From positions 1,304,001 through 1,368,000 of the forward strand of contig NC_045698.1 in the NCBI RefSeq assembly GCF_009834535.1: a DNA stretch of 64,000 nucleotides, given 5' to 3'. Position 1 is the first letter of the stretch, and every line of letters starts with the position of its first letter. The stretch is from Camelus ferus. Taxonomy: Eukaryota. This document shows, in pieces, positions 1 to 11,400 of this stretch. The translations under genes and the position numbers were made by a program. Below the pieces are notes generated by a model. It saw only the letters and a program-made list of their open reading frames with translations. It had not been told where the DNA came from and ran no database searches.

Positions 1-1011
1 CCAGCACAGAGCACGCGGCTCGGGAGGTGGTGACCGGGAGCTCGGGCGTGCGTGTTCCTGGTTGCAGTTTCCTTCTCTCTGTTTCTCCGGTGTAATTTCA
101 GTGCCATCTCCAGTGACTGGCTTACTAAGGTTCTAGACACTCCTTTACAAAGGGCCCTGGTTCCTGTCACACACGCTTTGGGTGAGTTTGTCTTTCCACG
201 CTCTGCTTTCTGCCATAAAGCCCAGAGGAGGCCGGGCAGGATCTTAAAATCTCGGTCATTTGAAAACTTGCGGCATCCCAGAAGAAACAGCCTGTTCCGG
301 TATCAGCGGAGGACAGCTGATCCGTCCAGATCAGAGATAAACGCCGGGCCGGAGATAAGACCACTCAGGCCTGAGCCCAGAGCTAACGCAGCATTTCCCG
401 GAGCCCGTGGAGCGGCCGGAGCAGGCCATGCAGCGTGCTGGCAACGAGCAGGTGCCCCGGCTTGATGCTGTCTCGCTGCCGGGGAACAGGCCACTTCATC
501 ACGACCCCGTTTTCCCCTGAGCCATCACAAGTAAAGGCTTTCTGCCCCGATTAATTAAAAAGTTAATGGGCTTGATTAAGCTATTTTTGGTAAAGATTGG
601 AAAGAGCGTGAATACATCTTTCTACTTCCAATTACAAGCAGACGTGGCCACTCACTTCCCGTCCCCATGGTTACACGTGTCCATAAACTGTCCGTGTAAC
701 TTTGTCGTCCACACTCCGCGTGACAGCCGCCCCGTGGTCTCCAAGCTTTTCACCAGCACTTACCAAGTAAGAGCGTAGCGCCACGCAAAGCGGTACGTGC
801 CGGCGACGGCGAGGATGGAAGAGCCGGTTCATGTAGATGATTTCCTCGAAGCATGGTCGACACGGACTTGAGGCAGCGCCTCTGAGGTCCTGCCTTTTCC
901 TTGCACACGTGCACGTGGGTGTGTGTGAGGGCACGTGTGCTCATGCGTGTGGGTGCGGGTGCAACAGGGCTGAGAGCTGGAGCGGGGAGAGCCTGGTCTG
1001 TGGCCGGGGCC

Positions 1012-1185
1012 CATGGTTCTCAAACCTGCGAGAGCACTGGCATCACCGCGGCTCCTTCAGGCAGGTTCCTGGGCCCCCCGAGAGGTTCTGATGGAGTGGG
1101 GCCTTGGTGGGACCCCAAAACTTGCATTTCCAATAACCTCCCAGGTAGCTCTCTGCTGCGGGCGGCAGCCCCTTAGAAAACCCTG
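1012..1185 (+). mobile_element. MER5A-like non-autonomous hAT-Charlie DNA transposon (MITE) fossil
   Basis: Begins CATGGTTCTCAAAC, carries GCATCACC...CTGGGCCCC...GGTTCTGAT...TTGCATTTC.AATAA.CTCCCAGGT and ends AGAAAACCCTG. Order and length (~175 bp) match the MER5A consensus as remembered, with degenerate terminal inverted repeats. Confidence 0.8.
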
Positions 1186-4100
1186 TCCGCACTCCCTTTA
1201 TTTTTGATTGTGAAGTTGGAGGAGCAGCCGCCACCTGCTCACCTTGCCTCCGGAATGAGAGTCGCTTGAGTTGAATGCTGGACATGAGATCGTGAGCACA
1301 AAGCAGACGTGGGGCTTCTATACCCGGGCCGCTGGTTCCGAAGGGCTCCCAGCAGACGGGCCAGCTCCCCTCACTGCTCTCCCACGGACCCCTAAGGGAA
1401 AGCATCCGCTGACTCCAAAACAGGTGCTGCGCCCCCCGGCTCCTGTGGTTTCCACACGGGGGTGCTCAGTGACCACCATCCACGTCCACTTCTGATGCAG
1501 GCCTGTGGTTCTAACAGCCGTCTGCAGGATGGTGAGAGCAGAATGATCCAACCAGGGCCTCCTTTGGGCCCCTTGGTGCCGCCAGGCCCCTGCTTGTCTC
1601 CAGTGGGTCCTGGGAGACAAGCCTCACGCGCAGGGCTGACCGGACTGTCCGGTCCACGTGGGGGTGCGGAGGGCCCCTCGGGTAACGCAGCAGTTAGAGA
1701 GACCTCAGTTAGGGGTGTTTAGAGCGTCACGTCATTGCTTCACGTGGGCAGACGGGAGCAGTGATGGGTGACGGTGGCGCGGTCACCCACATCCTCTCTG
1801 CGCATCCCCACCCCCGCCCGCCCTCCTGAGAGCCAGCGGGAACTGCGTCCGCAGGCGGGGAGAGACGGCGGAGCGCAGTGGAGACGCGTGTGCGTGGACG
1901 CGCAGTGTGGACCGTCTGCCCTCATTTTGGGCGGAGGAGGAAGATGAACGCCATTGCCACGTAAGATCTCGGAACCTGATCAAAGGCTGTGACATGTGCC
2001 TTAAGGCAGACGTCCCACGGGCTTCACCGCGGGCCAGCCGAGCAGATCTGACCACAGACGGCCGCCCTGGGGCTGCGCACAGTGAGACGTGGGGCAATCC
2101 CGAAGCCTCCCCTCCAGAGCGACAGACCCACAGCTCCATGCCAGGTTGGCTGCAGGGAAGGTGCTGTTTTTAAGATCAGGGGAGACACGGAAGCGGCTTC
2201 CCAGACAGGGTGGCTCCTTTTCCAGAGACGGGCACTGCCCAGGGGGGAGACGTGGGTGTGGGTGGGACTGGACACGAGCCCTGCCCGGCCGGCTCTGGGA
2301 AGTGGGGGTCGTTCTGAAGTGACCACGGCAGTGATGGAGGACTTGGTCCCATCCCGGGGCCCTCTCTCCAGGGTGGGCTTGGGATGTGGGCTGGGCGGGG
2401 GCCTCAGGGCTCATCACACGGGTCTGTCTGGAGTGACCGGCCCACGGTCTGCCTGGATGCCGGGCCAGGACTGGGCAACACCATTGGGCCAGTTTTTCCA
2501 AGAAGATAAAGTAACGCAATTACTAAGCAACAAAACCCAGCTGCATTTCCTTTCGCTCAGGCGGAGAGGAGGGAGACGCTGTGTGGGGCCACCCTGGGGT
2601 GGCGTCTACTGAATCCCAGGGCGCAGCGCGGCCCTGAGACCACAGCACACAGTCAAGCAGAAACTCTTTTTTCTTTTCTTTACAGACGCGTTGTGCCTTT
2701 TCCCCCTTCATTCCGGGCAAGCGGACATGAGGCACATTTTTGCTTGTCACGTTTTCAGCAAAATAGGACTGTCCCTTGCTCACCTGCCATCGGGTGCAGA
2801 GCTGTCTCCCACCCTCGTGAATGGCCAGCGCTTGGGCGGCTGGACCCGGCCTGGGGTCTTTATGCAGGATTGATGGGTGTGCAAACCCGAATTGGCACCC
2901 TGGGGGCCGCTCCCCGGAGTCGGCTCTTCCTTCGCAAGATGCTCTGGTTACCTACAAAGGCCTTGCTGTCTTCTCCTGCTCCGTCCTCACGCCACCTGGC
3001 CCCCCAGCGGCAGCCCACAGACGGCCACCCTCACCGCGCTTCTCACTGACATGTGACCGCGATTCATCACGTGTCATCGCGCTGCTTCAGGCTCAGTCTC
3101 CAGCCTGTACGACCCGTCCCCCAGCGGGAGGGTGGCCGGGACTCTGCTCCACTTACCCTCGCCTCCCCCACTTTCTTCTGGACAAAGGACAATTCATGCT
3201 TTTTCTTTGTAGGAAATATGAAAAAGAAATCCTGTTTGAAATATGTAAAAAGCAACTTAGCAGGTGACACAAAACAGGAAGAAAACTCACTCTTTGTGGT
3301 CTTTTGTACACGTGCTTGTCCCAGAAATGCTGAAAAAAAAATCTGTGCCCTGAACTCTCCACCTTGAATACACGTAGGCTGGGGAAGCGTGCACGTGAGG
3401 TTTCTGGAAAACGTCCCCCTTCCTAGAAGGCGCAGGCGGCCTGCGACCGGCCAAGTTGCCTTCCCAGCGCCCGCCTGCCCTCTGGGACCAGAGTCCACGT
3501 TTCCACTGCTGCCACTCGTGCCTGTGTGACTCTGTCAAATAACCATTTGTCTTGAGCTCTTGTCTGAAATAATTTGAACTGCCAAATCCCAAAATGAATA
3601 GGTTTTGTTAACACAAAAGGCGAAGGGACTGGTTGGAAATTTTAAAGATCTCCCAGCCCTGCGTCTTAACGGATCAGACGGCTTGGCTCCCAGGCACCCT
3701 TGTCGGCACCCCTCGGCCCCCGTGGGTGCGGGATGACAGGTCGTCCGATGGTCTGGCTGCTGGAGGCGGGGAGAGAGAGGCAAGCAAGCCGGGACTGGGA
3801 ACTGGCTAAGTACCTCTGGGTGCTTGGACCTCACCGCGGTGCACAGCGAGACAGCCACCGTGATTTATAAACCGGGGTGGTGATGGATGATCTTTTAAGT
3901 GGACAAGGTGGGCCGAGGCCGCGCACGCTGCAGCACTCAGATGTGACTGTCCCTGGCGGCAGAGTGACGGCTGTGCCCGCAGGTGACTGAGGCAGCGCCT
4001 GCCGCACCTGCTGCCAGCCCCAGGGCCCACCTGTCTTGGACACGAGTCCCCGGGCTGAGGCTCACCGGCTGGGGCAGGAGGGACTGGACACAGCGCCTCT

Positions 4101-5469
4101 CCACTCCGGGCCGGGCCTGTTCCATCGAGGCCCCCTCCTCTGGGCTCTCTCTTGCTCTGGGGACAGGAATGTGTGGGCAGCAGCCTGGCCTCCACAGTGA
4201 GCAGAGCTGTCTGGTGGGGACACCCTCTGCCTGGTGGTTTCAGTGTTTGTCACAATAATGATCACAGCTGAGTTGGCCTCGCGCCTACACCGGGACCTGC
4301 GGGGGGAGGGGAGCAGTGAGCAGATCAATAGCGGAAAACCAACTCCCGCCAAGAAAAGAGCTCGCCTGGCTCCCCAGAGAGAGGTTCCCAAATCACTGCA
4401 ATCTGTTCTGAACTCCGGGGAAGGCTTCCGCGCATCCAAAGGAGGAAGGAGTGGGGAGAAATCTCAAAGGCAGACTTTCCGTGTGTCAGTTATAATGAAC
4501 CGAGCCCTTTGCTCCGAGATGTGTAACATCTCCCTCAAATGCCTTTTGCAAGGAACAAAGCTGCACCTAATGAATTATCCTGTGGCTCAGGGTATCTGTG
4601 GATAATTAACATCACCCCCTTTTAAGCATTACTGAGGCTGCTGCCTTTTGCAAAACAAACCTGAAACTCGGAAACCACCCTGTGATGGGAGAGGTTTGAA
4701 GGGTGAGCTGAGAACTTCATCCTGGAATTCTGCACGAGGAAGCATGCTGACGGAGACCTCAGGGAAAATGTGGCTTATGCAAATGTACTCCTGTACCGAG
4801 GGCAAAAATAGGGACGGGTGAACGGAAGGACGTGTTCCTTCTTCCCACGGAGTGGGATCTTCGCTTTCTGTTGCTGGGTTTTGAAGCCAACAGAACCGAC
4901 TCTCAGTTCAGAAGGGCGTTTAACTCGTGGCTCAGGAAGCCTGCGATTATCTTCCTTTGCTTCTGTTACGAGGAGCTTCATGCCGCTGGCCCAGGGTCTC
5001 CTGGAAGGGGCTGTCCCAGGGCTTTCTCTGGGAAAGGGGGTGCTGCTGCTTTGTTCCTGTTAGGGCTTTGGGCATGTTTTCTCTCTATTTTTGTTTGTTT
5101 CCCCCCCAAATGTTTCATTTAAAATATGCATTAATTTTACTACAGGAAATTTGATTTATATCGTCGAGGAATTTCACAGTGCTCCTTTCAAAGGAGTGAA
5201 GGGGCTGGACAGCAGAAATGATAGCATGGCCCCTGTGTTTGGCTCTGCTCCTCGAAAGGAGCCCCTGTTCTGGGAAGAACCCGCAGTGTCGCTAACTCAG
5301 AGCCATTTTAAAAGTAAGCTCACGCCAAGGCTTGCGCCCACCTTCCACTTTCAGAAGCAAAGGGAAGAGTGTGGAGTTTGGAGCCGAAACACCATGGCCA
5401 GGTTCTCTTTGCCGCACTCTCACTGTGTACTTTCGTGTGACAGACCCAGTCTTTCTGGGGTAACAACTG

Positions 5470-5665
5470 AATAACTAAGATCTCTCTAGCTCGTGGCACA
5501 CCCCAGGCTCTGCTCTGAGCCCTGCCGCACATCACACTTCGTTAATTTTCATCACAACACCAGGACAGAGGTACTATTCTTAGGGAAGAGGAAACTGAGA
5601 AACAGAGAGGACGAGCTCTTACCCAGGTTTGCACAGCCATCAAGAGGCAGAGCTTGGTGGCCTGA
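5470..5665 (-). mobile_element. MIR SINE fossil
   Basis: Antisense MIR core on the plus strand: GAGGTACTATT...GAGGAAACTGAGAAACAGAGAGG...TTACCCAGGTTTGCACAGC...GGCAGAGC. Confidence 0.8.
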
Positions 5666-7324
5666 ATGAATATAGGTTATAAGAATTAAGAAAGCTATGC
5701 GACATACCACGGAGGTGCCTCTCCTTTCAGCCAATCAGCTGGCCTAAACAGCCTAGGTTAAATCAGACAACAGATGATCCCCAAGTCTGCCGAGCGACGG
5801 CGATTTGCGGCAGTAACACGTCTCTCGTCGACACTCAACGGTGTGCCATCTTGGATCCACTTCTCCACGGGCTGTGGTCCCCCAGACAGCCGAGCTCTCG
5901 CCGCTTCTGAGGCATCGGTCTAAACCTGGCTCATTTCTTTAACCCGTGATGCTGTGACGCTTCGTAGCGGGCAGTAGACCGAACGATTGTACGTGGTAAG
6001 TTTATGCTGCTGACTCGACTTGGATTTCCAAAGGTAAGCTAAATTAAAAAAACAAAACCTCAACCAGAAACCAAAACCAGAAAAAGAAAGGAAAACAAGA
6101 AAACCCCAAGCCACTCTGGACTCATGAACGGCCCATCGGAGAAACCTGAATTTTCCTCATTGCTCATAAATCACTCACGTCTGAAGCGATTTCTTGCAGT
6201 CTATTTGCAACGACCAAATTGGAGACCCATTTACTACACCTAATGGGAGAAGGAAGACCAACCCGAAAGCCTTCGGAGAACAAAGAATGCATTCATGACA
6301 AAAGTGTTGCAGGACATAAAACGGCTCGGGTGGTTGACTTTTTAGGGTGGGGTTGTTTGGGGAGAGAAAGCGACATTTATTTAGACCCCACGTTTCCACA
6401 GCTGCGCAGGCACCGAGCGCTTCCAGAAGCCGCTGAGGCATCCCTGAGAAGTTTATCTTGCCATGGGCTGTTTCCTCCTCAGCCAGCTGTGGTATCGATT
6501 TCTCTCAATGGATTAATTATCAGAGGCAGTTGCAGACTTCCCTGAGATGGACGGAAGGAAAAATGATGTTTTCATTTCAGTGAAGCCTGTTGGTGATTGC
6601 ATGTGAGTTTCTCTGGAGCCCTGGCTTCGACGAATGGGGCCGTGGCAGCGGGGGCCGGGCCGGGGGGTGCCTGTCTCCTCCGTGCTCCCGGAGTCTCGGT
6701 GCCGCCTGGGGACTCGGCCAAACGGGCTGCCCGCGGTCCTGTGCTACGGCGTGTGGAAGGAGCCTCAGCCCCGGGGGAAGGGGGGGAAATGACGGACCTG
6801 CACAGACGTGGAGGTTGGGGTTATTTACAGCACAGCCTGGGTCTGACAGAGGGAGATTTAGGTTGCTTGCCGAGACAGATGGCCCCGAAATGGCACCACG
6901 AGCCTCTTCTCTGTAGGACCTGGGTTCAAAGTCACCTCAGAGCACTGGGACTCTGAAAAGGTCTTTGAGACTCTAAGGGTCTCGGCAGTAAGGATGAATG
7001 GGACACTTAAACCCAGACTCTGCCAGGTGCTTTGTCACGGGGATTCTCTGAGCTTCAGAGTCACCATCACATTTTCGCCTTGAATGCCAGCATTAACCTT
7101 TCAACGTGTCAAGGCGTTTCTCATCTTCGAGAACACCTGTAAATGGTTATAAATTTCTTTAATGTTTTCACCATTAAAATTCTGGAAAGAGGAGGGTTCT
7201 GTGGGGAAGGCTGAGTGTCAGGCTGGTGGCAGGAGTTTTCTGGTGTTTGGTGGGGTCTGAGACCTGTTTCCTGGGACACTGTCATCCTGCAGAGAATTCA
7301 AGTAGAACTTTCAGAGTTCTTCCA

Positions 7325-8430
7325 CTTTTCCTTTTTTCTTTATAAATGGAATAAGGTAACTGTAAAGATGTCACCACATGTCAAATAGAAATCAGATAAA
7401 AGATGGAAATAAAAAACAACGTATGTGGATCTTACAAGCAAGCCCATATTGATATGTCTTCTGCATTTTTTTTCAGATAGACAGTAGCAAAAAGTCACAC
7501 TTTTTACGTCGCTTTGTAAGCTTCTTCCGCTTGGGAAAAACACATTGAACTCATGCCCTGTAATTTTCTATAATATCATTGCTCATGGCCGCAAACTGTG
7601 CTGGAGGGTCATTGCTTCATTCTCCCCTCCAATCCCTCTTCTAAGCTGATACACTGAGTGCGTTTCCTGTTTTCCCTCCAAACACCCTGCAGCGGGTGTT
7701 TCCGGAGCTGGGTCTGAGCGCGTCCCTGGGGGTCTTGGGCGCAGCCCCGCTCGGGTTGCTCTGAGAGGGCAGCGCCCCTCCGGCCAGCGAAGGGGAGCCC
7801 TGCGTCCCCCGGGACAGCTGGCGCAGCACACGCTCCGGTCTCCCTCCCGATTCAGTTTCCAGTGTCCGAGTCGTGTGTCATGTGGATGAGCCCAGCGTTG
7901 ACGTCTGTTAGGATCTTTTTAACATTTTTTTCTTTCGCGGCCTGACTTTCATCACAACGCTTGCCTGGGGCTTGACTGCTGGCTTCCCGCCGCGCGAGGC
8001 CCTCGGCCCCGCCCACAGCCGCGCCGCCCCGCCCGCGGCCCCGCCCACAGCCGCGCCGCCCCGCCCGAGGCCCCGCCCACAGCCCCACCGCCCCGGCCGC
8101 AGCCCCGCCCGCCGCCCCGCCGCCCCGCCGCCCCGCCGCCCCGCCGCCCCGCCGCCCCGCCGCCCCGCCCGGCCACTTGAGGCGGTCTGCACCTTCATGA
8201 CTGCTTTCCCTGTGCTTAGCATGTCATTTTTACTCAGTGAACACCCATCACATGGGCTTTTCTGCAGTGTCTGCATAGTGGTGACATGCTTGGAGATCTC
8301 TCCCCCATTCCGAGTTGATATAAATCTTCACTTGTATTTTTTCTAGTGTTTTATACCCTTATTCGGTCACATTTAAAACTTTAAATTATCCGGAAAGCGC
8401 GTTGACAGATGATGAGTGAGGCGCGGCTGG
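7325..8430 (-). mobile_element. Ancient L1ME-type LINE-1 3' fragment, strongly GC-shifted and interrupted by a GC-rich minisatellite
   Basis: Colinear blocks resembling antisense L1ME 3'UTR/ORF2 end: CAAAAAGTCACACT, TCATTGCTCATGGCCGCA, CCAATCCC...GTTTCCTGTTTT, CAAACACCCTGCAGC, then after the repeat TATTTTTTCTAGTGTTTTATA...CACATTTAAAACTTTAAATTATCCGGAA. Assigned by eye. Confidence 0.6.
8005..8170. repeat. GC-rich minisatellite: ~3 x 32-bp unit followed by 7 perfect GCCGCCCC octamers
   Basis: Unit GGCCCCGCCCACAGCCGCGCCGCCCCGCCCGC starts at 8005, 8037 and (diverged) 8069; (GCCGCCCC)7 at 8111-8166. Read directly from the sequence. Confidence 0.95.
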
Positions 8431-11400
8431 GACCTGTCAGACTCCTCCGGGGGCGTGGGGGGGGGGCTCGGTCTCCGGGAGGGGGAGGGCGAGGGGGGTC
8501 AGCAGAGCCCGGCGCTGGGGCCGGGTTGATTCCTGTGCCGTCCGGGTGCTGGAATCGCGAGGACGAACGGTTGTGACTTTAAAGCAGTTGAGCCTCCCCA
8601 GGGCCACCTCATCAAGCCTCTCAGAGTTCAGCCTTTTTGAATCAATTCACCAGATTATCTGAAGCACCTTGTAGGCTGCTCACAGCTCTGAATTGTTTTA
8701 TTTACCTTAAGAATATTTCTATGGCAATTTCATAGAAATCAGTGTCATTTTATGTGTCTGTCATCATTTAGCCTAACGGCTTACATTTCTGGGTCAATTT
8801 GGAAGGAACAGCACTTGTGTGGATTGTTTGCTCTGGGCTTTCTCTTGTTCCCACGACGGCCACTCCGGGTTACTGGTGGCACTTTCTCTAAGTCTCAGAA
8901 ACAAGCAAAGTGGGGGCACCACGTGGACCAGCTGGCCTGCCACCTAGGAATCCACGTTCCAAACGTGTCCCCCAGGTGACTGGAAGGCGGGTGTTTGACA
9001 GCCAGCCTTTGAGAGGCCCTGAGTTTGCCATTTGCATGTAGTGGGTGACGGCGGTTCCTCCCTGGCCTTGCAGAGCAGTGCAGACTGTGTCATCTCGGGG
9101 TCACAGCCCCTCCTCCCGACTCCCTTGCCCTCCTGAGCACGTGGCCTCCTGCCAGTGCAAGGGGGATGGCGGGCAGCCTTGTCGCACCTCTGGGAGGCCG
9201 GCCGTACCTGGGGCTGGGCCGCTTCCCTCTGAACCCCTCGGAGCCTGGCAGGGAAAGAGGGACAGTGGCTGGGGCAGGGCTGCTCGCACTCCTGGGAAGG
9301 TTGCGGCCCCCAAATTCTGGGCATCACCTCCAGGAACTTAGCCTCCTCAAGTCCACGGGGCAGGGGTGGGCGGCAGGAGGAGGGGCAGGAAGTTGCATTT
9401 TAACTGGTTTCCTGGTGACGCTTCTCCTGGGGCTGGTCTGGGGGCTGCCCTGCAGGCCTCTGATTTAGGGAGTCAGTCTGTCTCAGTCTGTCTGTCTCCT
9501 GTTTTTAATCATATTTAAGATACCAGTTAATTTTTCTTGAATTTCCCTACTATTTAGAAGCAGTGAAGCAGATAATAGAAATACTCCTTAAATTCCACCG
9601 GGGAGAACATTTTTGTCCATTAATCAATTTTCTTATTTAAAGTGATAATACCTACCTCCCTCTTGACGGATCTCCTTGGAAGGTAGGTTGGTACAGTGCT
9701 CCTGTGCCCTGAGACTTCCAGGAGCTCCCAAGGGGAGCGAGGCAGACAGACCGAAGCACACAGGTGATGGACGTGAGCTAGTGTGGGCGTCCGTCCACCC
9801 TCTTTGTCCCCCAGGCCAAGCAGGTGCACCGGGCAGAGAATGACAGATGCGGACACGGCTCTGACTTGCGTGAGGGAGGGGCTGGTTCTGCCCAAGCAAG
9901 TCGAAGCGGCTTGAAGAGTCACCGCGACCTTCTGAATGTGCGCTGAGCATCGCAGAAGGAATTCTGGGTGAAAAAGTGAGGTGAACATCAATAGCCAATT
10001 TATCACGTGCTGGGGAAGCGCCTGATTCATCTGTACGTCAGTGCCAGTCACTTTCCTTCATCATAATGACTGATTTGTAATGCATACATCCTATGATTTA
10101 TTGAAAGGTAAATTTATTTCAAATAACTGAATTTGAATGGGAATGAAATGCAGTCTTGAGGCGAATGACTCAAACACTCTCCATGCAGGAGCTTGTGTAG
10201 GTGTGAGCTGAGTCCGCGGGGAGTGGGCTTGCGAAATGTGACTTCCTTTCAAGCAGGTCCAAGCACGTGGATGGTAAGAACATCATTTCTCCTTGAAAGT
10301 CTCAAGTGTGAGATCAGTGATGCTGGGGCCTGGCAAGGAGCAGCTGTCCAGGTTCTGGGCCCCAAAGCCCACCGGCCGGGTGGAAGACAGCCCCTCTGGA
10401 TATGAGGCCCCGAGGCTGTCCTGGCTCTGCCAGCCTCTAGCTCCCGCCGCCCAGGTGTCCGCTCACTGTCCCTGCCGGACAGTGCCCTCCAAGGGGCTTC
10501 CCTGGGGGAAGGGGTTCCCTGCAGCATCCTCACTGTCCCGAGTCCTCGCCCAGCCCACGGCCTGCAGCCCCGGGCTCAGGCCCACGAGGCTTGGACACAT
10601 GCATGGAGTGGCTGGGCCTCACTGAGGGGTCTGATGATTCAAGGGGCAGGAAGCACCTGCCCCGAGCCCACGACAGCTCTTCCTCCATTCATCAGGCTCC
10701 CGGACCATCTCCAGATTCCCAGATTCCATATTGAAAGGCACAGTCAATGGAGTGAGGACCCCAGCAGCCCTGGATGACAGCAGGTGGGGCAAGGGGACCT
10801 GAGGGTGGGGAGGGGCCTGACGGGCCAGCCGGCAAGGCTGGATGTGACTGTTGAGGGCCAGCTGCACACATGCCAGGGTGATCAGATGGATGTGTTCCCC
10901 ACGTAACTGCATGACAGCAGGGCGGTGCTGCCGCGTGGGGACCCTCAGGTGGGTGTGCACCCGGCTGCGCCTGGCTGGTCCTGCTCCCGGCCTGGCCTGA
11001 CCTGGAGGGTAGGTCAGCGATCACGGGCCAGACCATGGAGTGTATTCCCAGGCAGGTTTCACTGCAGGCGACTTCAGGCACCTCCAGCAAGCCTGGGAGG
11101 TTTCCCACCTTCCACGGGTGTCCTCAAACACAGCAAGGTTCACACTTGAGCCAGAGAAGGCCGGGGTCGTGTGGGAAGGCTCTGACCTGGGACTGCGAGA
11201 GCAGGGCCCATCCTCGGTCCCCCTGCCAGACTTCCTGCCACCATGGGGGAGTCTCTGAGCTGTGTGACCACTCGTGGCCATTTATGGCCTGTGGACGTGG
11301 GTAAAGTATCTGCAGGGTGTGGCTGTCCCCCTCTGGGGTCCCTCAGCCACTCCACGTCTCTACCCCTGAGGGCGTGAATCCTCTCCAGGAGCCTCCTGTG

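Noticed and set aside
7852..8346. Gly/Arg- and Pro/Ala-rich ORFs
   Set aside because: They are translations of the GC minisatellite and are open on both strands for that reason.
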